In this document: positions 56,951-64,000 of the stretch, piece by piece | How the letters are laid out: every line of letters begins with the position of its first letter | How positions within the stretch are numbered: position 1 is the first letter of the stretch | Assembly: GCA_964385225.1 (NCBI GenBank) | Contig: CAYLOE010000007.1 | Location: 7,505-71,504, forward strand | Reading direction: 5' to 3' | DNA from: an uncultured Planctomycetaceae bacterium | Lineage (GTDB): Bacteria; Planctomycetota; Phycisphaerae; UBA1845; UTPLA1 | DNA: 64,000 nucleotides | The notes under the pieces: generated by a model | What the model saw: the letters and a program-made list of their open reading frames with translations, nothing else | The model's database searches: none | Told to the model about the DNA's origin: nothing | Position numbers and translations under genes: made by a program

Positions 56951-59416
56951 CTACGCACCGGTTATCCAGTTTTTGATGTCCTGATAGGTCACGAGGACGA
57001 ACAGCGTGGCAATCAGGGCGATGCCGACGAGTTGTGTGGCCACCTGGGTCTTGATACTGACCGGCTCGCCGCGAATCTTCTCAAGGATGAGGAAGAGGAA
57101 CAGCCCGCCGTCCACGATCGGCATCGGCAGAAAGTTGATGACCGCCAGATTCGCCGAGATCACCGCGAGGAACCAGAGCAGATCGAGCAGGCCCGCATCC
57201 GCGAATCGGCTGCCCATGCGCACGATGCCGACGGGCCCGCTCACCTTGCTCGCACCGACCTGTTGAGTGAAGAGCATGTGGCGTATGGTAAGGACGGTCT
57301 GCATCGTCGCCTGGTAGGCCTGTCGGAAGCCAACCCCCACAGCAGCGATCGGATTCGTCACGCGATGTCGTTCAAGGAGTGAATAACAGATGAACGGCTC
57401 CGTGTAGAAGATGCGCTGAAGCCAGGGGTCGATGTTGCTCTCTGTCACGGCGAAGGAGCCGCTGTGCTTCTGACCCTCGGCGGTAACGTATTCCACGTTC
57501 ACCGTCTTGCCGATCATCGTGCCAAGACCGGAGCGAATCGCTCGCCAGTCCGGCAAAGCGGCCTCATGTATCTCGCCGTCCGATGCGAGGATCGGGAAAC
57601 TCGTCTTGCCGTCGATGGAGATGATTCGAGCGCCCGGCGGAATATCCAACGCGGCCGTGACACACATCGGAACGTTGAAATCCACATGGTGAATCTCATC
57701 GACGACGCGATAACTCATCTTGACCGACTTGCCGACCTTTGCGCGTAAGGCGTGGAATACGTCGTTCCAGCTTTGCACCGGCTCGTCGTCGCAGGCGATG
57801 ATGACCGCGCCGGCGGGGATACCAGCGGCGCGAGCGGGCGTTGTTCGATCGCCGATGCGTTCGAGCACGGCCGAAACGACGGGATGATCTTCATCCAGGG
57901 GAGCGATGCCCGCGTCGATCGTCGGAGGTGGAGACTTGCCCAGGAGGGTAAAGGCCGACTTGGGCACGACATCGCCGAGCTTGTGAACGTCCACCCGTTC
58001 CAGCCAGCGGCGTACGTCGGCAGCGCCCCCGGCATCGGTCAGCGCAGCGTTGAGAGTCTCTTGATCCACCTCGGTAAGTTTCTCAAAGCCGGGCAGTTCA
58101 CGAGCCAGTTGTGAGACCTTCGATTTGTCTTCGATCGCCGCGGCAATGAGCGTCTCGCGATGTCGGGCGCAGAATCGCACCAGTTCGGCGCTGAGGTCGC
58201 CATTGGCACGGCCCGGTCGGCGGACTTCGATCGGCAGCTTCTCGCCGTGACTCGATTCGATCAGCCGCTTGAGCGTGGCATGATCCGGATAAGCATGCGG
58301 ACCCAGCCGCACGATGATGTCGCCCTGCTCGACACCGGCCACGTCGAAGGACTTGCCCGGCTCGGTATAAATCACCGACAGACGCGGCACAAGACCCAGC
58401 AGCGAACCCGTGCCCTGCGCTGCGGGATCATCCGGCACTGGCGTCCACGTCGCGCGAACCTTGATGCGAACCTCGTCGCTTTCGACTTCGAGGTCCTGCT
58501 TAAGCACCTGTTCCATTGTCAGTGAATCGGGGTCCTTCGGTCGTCGGACGATCGCCTCGACCGGCGCGCCCTGCGCGGCAACCAGGGCGCGACGAAACAC
58601 GCCGAGGTCCTTGAACTCGCGCTCGACGCCGCTTTCGACGATCTTGTAAAGCTCATCGTTCCGGCGAAGTGCATTTTCACCGTCACCATCGGCGCTGCCG
58701 CGTATCGACGGCACCCAGACGCGGCGATTCATACCGGGGCTCACGCCAATCTGCCGAACCTGGGCGTCCTTCTTGAATTCCGGAAGAACGATCGGTCTGG
58801 GATCAACCAGTTTGCCGTCGCGCTGAACATCAAGGACGAGACTCTCGCCGATGTCGGACAGCGTGACGCGCGCCGACAGATCGCCGAAGCTCTCCACCGG
58901 GCTGCCGTTGACGGCGAGGATGCGGTCGCCGGTCTGCAGGCCTGCGCGAGCGGCAGCCGAGCCGTCCACGACTATGCCGACGACGGCAGGCGGCTGAGGT
59001 CGGCCGACCATAACGACCATGGCGAAGGCCGCCGCTGCAAAGAGAAGGTTCATGATGACGCCGGCGGAGATGATGACCATTCGCTTACCGACGGGTTTGC
59101 TGGTGAAGGAGCGCGGGTTGTCCTTGACCTTCAACTCGCCGGACTTGTCGACGACGAAGTCTTCCTGACCGAGCATCTTCACGTAGCCGCCGAGCGGCAG
59201 AACGTTAAAGGAATAGCGCGTCTCGCCATGAGTGAAGCCGATGAGTTCCTTGCCGAAGCCGATGGCGAAGGTCTCGACGCGGACACCGGCCCACTTGGCG
59301 GCAAGGAAGTGGCCCAGCTCGTGTACGAAGATGACCAGGGAAAAGCCAAGGACGAGGAGGATGTACGACCATGCCGTGTTGGCCCATTCCGGCAAGGCGC
59401 CGGCTGCGAAGAGCAT
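56951..59416 (-). CDS. rseP: RIP/site-2 metalloprotease RseP (M50) with expanded multi-PDZ periplasmic region
   Basis: HELGHFLAAKWAGV (HExxH) about 30 aa from the ATG at 59416. C-terminal NLAVINFLPMPIVDGG. Several PDZ-like GD.I..V(N)G segments. Confidence 0.8.
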   Translation of the reverse strand: MLFAAGALPEWANTAWSYILLVLGFSLVIFVHELGHFLAAKWAGVRVETFAIGFGKELIGFTHGETRYSFNVLPLGGYVKMLGQEDFVVDKSGELKVKDNPRSFTSKPVGKRMVIISAGVIMNLLFAAAAFAMVVMVGRPQPPAVVGIVVDGSAAARAGLQTGDRILAVNGSPVESFGDLSARVTLSDIGESLVLDVQRDGKLVDPRPIVLPEFKKDAQVRQIGVSPGMNRRVWVPSIRGSADGDGENALRRNDELYKIVESGVEREFKDLGVFRRALVAAQGAPVEAIVRRPKDPDSLTMEQVLKQDLEVESDEVRIKVRATWTPVPDDPAAQGTGSLLGLVPRLSVIYTEPGKSFDVAGVEQGDIIVRLGPHAYPDHATLKRLIESSHGEKLPIEVRRPGRANGDLSAELVRFCARHRETLIAAAIEDKSKVSQLARELPGFEKLTEVDQETLNAALTDAGGAADVRRWLERVDVHKLGDVVPKSAFTLLGKSPPPTIDAGIAPLDEDHPVVSAVLERIGDRTTPARAAGIPAGAVIIACDDEPVQSWNDVFHALRAKVGKSVKMSYRVVDEIHHVDFNVPMCVTAALDIPPGARIISIDGKTSFPILASDGEIHEAALPDWRAIRSGLGTMIGKTVNVEYVTAEGQKHSGSFAVTESNIDPWLQRIFYTEPFICYSLLERHRVTNPIAAVGVGFRQAYQATMQTVLTIRHMLFTQQVGASKVSGPVGIVRMGSRFADAGLLDLLWFLAVISANLAVINFLPMPIVDGGLFLFLILEKIRGEPVSIKTQVATQLVGIALIATLFVLVTYQDIKNWITGA

Positions 59417-59446
59417 GGCCGGCGCGGACAGGGCAAGGAGGGTCTG

Positions 59447-59530
59447 GCGGAATGCGGAGCGCGGAATGCGAAATGGGGAATTGCGAGCGCTCGGCTCCCT
59501 TGGTCCCTTGGTCCCCTGGCTCCTCGGCCC
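59447..59530. repeat. composite short-repeat block (gcggaatgcg x2, palindrome cgagcgctcg, cttggtccc x2-3)
   Basis: Read directly from the sequence. It fills the dxr-rseP spacer if rseP starts at 59416. Confidence 0.5.
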
Positions 59531-59538
59531 CTTTTTGT

Positions 59539-60705
59539 TCAACTCTTTACCGTACAACATTCAAAAACCTCTTTGCGTGCCCAGGCGTCGACGCGCATCA
59601 GCGATTCGAGACTCGGGTGGGGTTCAAAGGTGTGCCGCCGCAGCACGTCTTCCGTAATCGCGACGATGTCCAGAAAGCCGATCTTTCCCTCACGAAACCA
59701 TGCGACCGCCGCCTCGTTGGCCGCGTTCAGCGCCGCGCCGGCCGTGCCGCCCTGCCGGGCCACCTCGTGACCCAACCGCAGCGCCGGAAAGCGATTCAGG
59801 TCCGGCGGCTCAAAGTGCATCCTCTCCAGACGCGAGAAATCCAGCCGATCTCCGCAAGCTGCCAGCCGCCGCGGGTAGGTCATCGCATACTGGATCGGCG
59901 TCCGCATATCCGGACGACCCATCTGGGCGACGATCGACCCGTCATGGAAGGCGACCATCGAATGAATGATCGACTCCGGATGAATGACTACTTCAATACG
60001 ATCGGGGTCGATGTCAAATAGCCATCGCGCCTCGATAATTTCCAGGGCCTTATTCATCATCGTAGCGCTGTCGATGGTGATTTTAGGACCCATTTTCCAG
60101 GTCGGGTGCTTCATGGCGTCCGCAAGCGTTGCATCGCGGATCCGTTCGATCGGCCACGTCCGAAACGGCCCGCCGGAGCCGGTCAGCAGAATCCGCTCGA
60201 TTTCCTCTTGCTTGCCGGAGTGCAGCGACTGAAAGATCGCCGAGTGTTCGCTGTCGACCGGGAGAAGCTGCGCCCCATTTCGCCGCGCCGCCTCGACCAT
60301 CAACGAGCCGGAAACAACGAGCGACTCCTTGTTCGCGAGGCCGACCGTAAGCCCGCGCTCGACAGCCGCGAGCGTGGCGGGCAGCCCGGCGACGCCGACG
60401 ATGGAAGCTAAAACGAAGTCGCACTCCAGCTCATTCACCAGCCGGACGAGCGATTCGGCGCCGGACCAGACTTTCGTGGAACAATTCTCCCCCACAAGCT
60501 GTCGCTCAAGCTCTGCAGCCGCGTCGGCGTCGGTCATCGCCACGGCCTGCGGGCGAAAGCGCTCGACCTGTCGAGCCATCTTCTCCCAGCTTCGCTGGCC
60601 GGCGAGGCCGACGATCTCGAACTCGTCCGGCAGGTTGTCCGCAACGGCAAGCGCATTGCAGCCGATGGAGCCGGTAGAACCGAGGATGATGACCCGCTTG
60701 GGCAT
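59539..60705 (-). CDS. dxr: 1-deoxy-D-xylulose 5-phosphate reductoisomerase
   Basis: ILGSTGSIGCNAL, LANKESLV and DSEHSAIFQ motifs. ATG at 60705 gives MPKRVIILGSTGSIG; an alternative ATG lies at 60741. Confidence 0.95.
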   Translation of the reverse strand: MPKRVIILGSTGSIGCNALAVADNLPDEFEIVGLAGQRSWEKMARQVERFRPQAVAMTDADAAAELERQLVGENCSTKVWSGAESLVRLVNELECDFVLASIVGVAGLPATLAAVERGLTVGLANKESLVVSGSLMVEAARRNGAQLLPVDSEHSAIFQSLHSGKQEEIERILLTGSGGPFRTWPIERIRDATLADAMKHPTWKMGPKITIDSATMMNKALEIIEARWLFDIDPDRIEVVIHPESIIHSMVAFHDGSIVAQMGRPDMRTPIQYAMTYPRRLAACGDRLDFSRLERMHFEPPDLNRFPALRLGHEVARQGGTAGAALNAANEAAVAWFREGKIGFLDIVAITEDVLRRHTFEPHPSLESLMRVDAWARKEVFECCTVKS

Positions 60706-60789
60706 GTGATCTTTGCGATAAACCTCAAATGGCGAAATCATGGGTGATTATAGAGCAATCGCCAAGTGACGCGAGGGCTTCACAGCGGC

Positions 60790-60818
60790 TTGTTGCACAT
60801 CTGGCGACAGGGTAAAAT
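60790..60818 (+). promoter_or_regulatory. candidate promoter of the low-GC operon (TTGTTG-17-TAAAAT)
   Basis: -35 at 60790-60795 and -10 at 60813-60818, about 75 nt upstream of the ATG at 60893. Confidence 0.3.
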
Positions 60819-60892
60819 GTGGGTATCGAAGGCCCTGAGAGCACTTGGAGGGCACGAAGGAGGGGTTCGATTCAACCGAGAGGAGAGCTTGT

Positions 60893-62224
60893 ATGCCTGC
60901 GATGATTCTCCTGCTTGTTGCCGCCTTCATGCTCGGTCAGGGCGACCCAGGTACGATCGTGGTTGTCGATGGTGACCTCGCCGTGGTCACCTTCGCTTTG
61001 TCCGCTGGAACACGTTATCAGGTCGACTATCCGACCAGCCGCCTTAGTCTATGGCTCGATTCAGCACGAACGATTCCCGCAGCACCTTTGACAACCTACA
61101 CCGCTCGCAGAAACGGCGACGTGGATAAGAACGGCGTTATCAACACTCGCGACATCGCCTGCTTCCTGCGCGTTTTGGGCAACGTTGGTCCGACACCTGT
61201 GAGCACTCCATGTGATCAATACGTTGCGGACCTCAACGGCGATGGCACTGTCGACGAACTGGACGTCCTGCTTCTCGTGGAAGCATTGCTCGGCGGGTAT
61301 CCGGCCGAGGGCGTCGTGCTCTACGCAGAGGGGATCGCCCCGAGCTCGGCCCTCGGTGATGCGACGGTCGAACTCTTGACGGATCCAGGAGAAGAGGGTA
61401 CGTTTACGATTTCCGAATCAAGCATTGTCACTGTTGTCGACATTTCCTTTTCTCCAAACATGGGACCATTGGGAACGCCTGTGACGATCTCAATGGCGCC
61501 TGCGATTCCTCCCCTTGCATTCGACGAAAACACTCGCCTTAGCTGGGCGGGGGTTTTTCAACCATCCTCAGGAGAACCAGGTGTCGGGATTGCATTTGAG
61601 TATTCTGCCGCTGCGTTTCGAGAGCAGAATGAAGGGCAGGCCATCGTCATCGCGGGAGAGTCATCGGGTCAGGGTTCCGTCGGATTGGAAGCTGTCGGAT
61701 TACCGGGAAGTCTCGCTGGAACAGCCACCCTACGGGTAGGCATTTATCATCTTAAGAAACCGTTTACGTTCACGCCGACAGCAGCACCACTCCTCACTGC
61801 CATTTCTTACGATCCGCTGACGGCCGAGCCATTCATCGGTCCTGTCCCCGAGACACTGGAAATCGTGATGACCTCGAACGGTGATGGAGCGAACGAGATC
61901 ATCCTTGCAGGCATGGCCATGAACCATTGCGCTGTCATTATGGGGGTACAACGGAACACGTTTACCGAGACGGACGCACCGTCCAGCGTGCTCGTAACTC
62001 TGAGATCGCTCGACCAACAGGGTGCCGTGCTGCAAACCGTTCCTAATCTTTCTCTGGTCCGCGATGAACATCTCTCTGACGCCCAGTCCATTCTCTATCA
62101 TTCTGAGTTCGAGGTGCCCATCATCCTCGTTGAAGAACCCCTTGATCCCAGTGATTACTCTCTTGTCTTACCGCTTCACGCTGTCGACCAAGGACGCTTA
62201 GCGATTACTTTGGAGGGATCTTGA
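60893..62224 (+). CDS. secreted hypothetical protein with dockerin/EF-hand-like duplicated module
   Basis: Signal-like MPAMILLLVAAFMLGQG. NGDVDKNGVINTRDIACFLRVL and DLNGDGTVDELDVLLLVEALL at 61109-61304. The remainder looks beta-rich and matches no named family. Confidence 0.6.
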   Translation: MPAMILLLVAAFMLGQGDPGTIVVVDGDLAVVTFALSAGTRYQVDYPTSRLSLWLDSARTIPAAPLTTYTARRNGDVDKNGVINTRDIACFLRVLGNVGPTPVSTPCDQYVADLNGDGTVDELDVLLLVEALLGGYPAEGVVLYAEGIAPSSALGDATVELLTDPGEEGTFTISESSIVTVVDISFSPNMGPLGTPVTISMAPAIPPLAFDENTRLSWAGVFQPSSGEPGVGIAFEYSAAAFREQNEGQAIVIAGESSGQGSVGLEAVGLPGSLAGTATLRVGIYHLKKPFTFTPTAAPLLTAISYDPLTAEPFIGPVPETLEIVMTSNGDGANEIILAGMAMNHCAVIMGVQRNTFTETDAPSSVLVTLRSLDQQGAVLQTVPNLSLVRDEHLSDAQSILYHSEFEVPIILVEEPLDPSDYSLVLPLHAVDQGRLAITLEGS

Positions 62225-63051
62225 TGCGAATCCTTCCTTCTCGTTCCATATCTGTCGCACTTCTATGTTTGTCGTTGCATGGATGTAGGCAGGAATCGCC
62301 ACGGACTTCGCCGGTCGAGCCTGGAACAAGACAAGACTCTCTGAAGGTTTGGGTTATTATGGGGAGCTTACCAAACGAGGTTATCGGCCGACGACAGAAC
62401 GCAGGCTGCCGGCTGACATCCCAGGAGTTGATGAACCACATCGGTGATTTGCAAGCAGATGCAAGCTTTTTCGGGAACGGGACAACGTTTCCTTGGGACG
62501 GCCAATTCAATATCGTGAATTTCTCAAACCTAATAATCTTTGATACGAACGGGAATCGACGGCGCAATGGTGACCAGTTTGAAGAAGAGGTATTTGGCGC
62601 ACAGAACAAATGGACTGCGGGGCATGTAAACGTTTACTTCTGCGGAGCGATTGATCCGGACAACGATTCGACGAACGATCCAGGGAATATCCCGGCTCCC
62701 GGATTCAATCGCGATCCTCAATTCTTTCCACGCCCGTACATCGTCATCAATGATGGCGGCCCTTGGAACGCAGCGGGTTGGAGTGCACATGCAGACGACC
62801 GAATACTCGAGCACGAGATGACGCACTTCATGGGGCGTTTCAAGAACCGAACTTTTGGGGGTTATGAAATTGGGGGTCAGAGTGTCGGACTAACGTATGA
62901 TAGTGAGGAGCACACTCCCGAGGAGCCAGTCGAGTGGAAGTTGTTGAACATTCTCTATGGGGGCGGTTGGCCGTACGCTTTGCGGATTGGAAATTCGGAA
63001 AAGGGTGAGATCGTTGTTCGGATTCAGCAAGGCAATTGGACTAATCCCTAG
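62224..63051 (+). CDS. putative lipoprotein with HExxHxxG zinc-metalloprotease-like motif
   Basis: MRILPSRSISVALLCLSLHGC, and ILEHEMTHFMG. Its ATG shares one base with the upstream TGA. Confidence 0.55.
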   Translation: MRILPSRSISVALLCLSLHGCRQESPRTSPVEPGTRQDSLKVWVIMGSLPNEVIGRRQNAGCRLTSQELMNHIGDLQADASFFGNGTTFPWDGQFNIVNFSNLIIFDTNGNRRRNGDQFEEEVFGAQNKWTAGHVNVYFCGAIDPDNDSTNDPGNIPAPGFNRDPQFFPRPYIVINDGGPWNAAGWSAHADDRILEHEMTHFMGRFKNRTFGGYEIGGQSVGLTYDSEEHTPEEPVEWKLLNILYGGGWPYALRIGNSEKGEIVVRIQQGNWTNP

Positions 63052-63062
63052 GGGTATACAAC

Positions 63063-64000
63063 ATGGTCGAGATCGTGACAACTCTAGCGCTCTTGCTCGC
63101 ATCCCAAGTTCCGGCACAAGATAACTCGGCGCGCACGCCGCTCGCTCCAGCACAAGCCTTGCGCCTCCTGGTCAAGCCGGCCGAATCGGCGCGCGAATAC
63201 TTCGATGACGGACCAAGGGCGCTCGCCATCAAGGCATTGGAGGAAGACGTAGTCGCTCCTGTAGAGTTAGCAATGACGCTTGACCTGATCCTATGTGATC
63301 GCAGGAATCCCTCCCGATTAAAGGTGCTGGAACTTGCCTGCAGGAAGGCTGATTCAGAATCTGCACCAATTATTGTTCTTGCGGCGAGTCGATTCGGTGC
63401 GGAGTACCTTGGTGCGAGACCTGTCTCAGGCGTTACCAGGATTTTCGAGAGTAGAGTACTTGATGCTCAGATCGTGGATCAGTTTGTCGGCAAGTACGCC
63501 AACTTCCTGACGCCGCATTTGGGCGACGACACAATCCTTTTAGATACGCTGTACGGCTGGCTCTTCTATCCCGAGATTCGGCAACACGGTCGCCTCGGCT
63601 TTCTGATCTGTCGGGCGGTGGCGACACTGTCAGTTCCGACCAACGTCCGACGGCAGTATGCGCAGAGGATTCTCGAAAACTACGATTTTTGGGGCCATTC
63701 AGTGCCGTCGGAGTTTGTTGAGTTGCTGAACGAGCCGATGTGGGAAGTTCTCCGAAATCGAGTTATCGGTTCGTCCAATTCAACTAGTCCTTTTCCTGAC
63801 GCGATTGCACGGTTGCTCGCCGATCGTGGAGATATGCAGGTCCTCGCCGCCCTGAATCACGTCGAGCGAACGAGGATACAAACCGAGGTTCTCCAGGGAC
63901 ATGATCCCGAAGTTGTCCCAGGCACCCTGTCATGGCGAATCCGTGCTCAGAATCCACCGGATAATTTACTCTCCTGGCTTGCGCGGGGACCATCCGAGTC
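63063..64000 (+). CDS. secreted hypothetical protein, helical-repeat-like (partial, continues past the window end)
   Basis: My hand translation from the ATG at 63063 has no stop through 64000 (312 codons). N-terminus MVEIVTTLALLLASQVPAQ. Absent from the ORF track because it has no stop in the window. Confidence 0.55.
   Translation, partial: MVEIVTTLALLLASQVPAQDNSARTPLAPAQALRLLVKPAESAREYFDDGPRALAIKALEEDVVAPVELAMTLDLILCDRRNPSRLKVLELACRKADSESAPIIVLAASRFGAEYLGARPVSGVTRIFESRVLDAQIVDQFVGKYANFLTPHLGDDTILLDTLYGWLFYPEIRQHGRLGFLICRAVATLSVPTNVRRQYAQRILENYDFWGHSVPSEFVELLNEPMWEVLRNRVIGSSNSTSPFPDAIARLLADRGDMQVLAALNHVERTRIQTEVLQGHDPEVVPGTLSWRIRAQNPPDNLLSWLARGPSE

Overview
High-GC bacterial chromosome segment. 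My hand counts of single 60-nt lines give about 58-70% G+C in nadB and secA. I ran no database or HMM search, so all product calls come from motifs read by eye. Several architectures suggest a Planctomycetota/PVC-type organism, which is an inference: a 1338-aa SecA, dockerin-like modules on secreted proteins, Lys/Ala-rich histone-H1-like tails, and an IS200-like 'TTYGTWL' Y1-transposase relic with REP arms. I support about 50 protein genes and one tRNA-Glu(UUC). Most of the window is core housekeeping: tatA, glyA, nadB, tsaD, an S41 C-terminal protease, two hup paralogs, aat, nrnA, radA, guaB, purC, a pyrK-like gene, ffh, secA, recQ, rsgA, moaA, rseP and dxr. Accessory content is small. It comprises two type II toxin-antitoxin pairs (DUF433/PIN-like; Gp49/HigB-like plus XRE), a REP-flanked RAYT-type transposase relic with an in-frame stop, an ABC-2 exporter and scattered envelope glycosylation proteins (GT-C-like, GT2, O-antigen-ligase-like). 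At the right edge there is also a visibly lower-GC three-gene secreted operon, whose last gene runs off the window and is missing from the ORF track. I saw no CRISPR array, rRNA, integrase, reverse transcriptase or recognisable multi-gene defence system. The best candidates for something undescribed are modest: (i) the low-GC dockerin/HExxH/helical-repeat operon at 60.8-64 kb; (ii) the AT-rich ffh/pyrK divergent control region, which has a canonical terminator in a leader upstream of pyrK; (iii) several unrelated intergenic repeat families, including the REP/RAYT unit; (iv) a DksA/TraR protein fused to a histone-H1-like tail.
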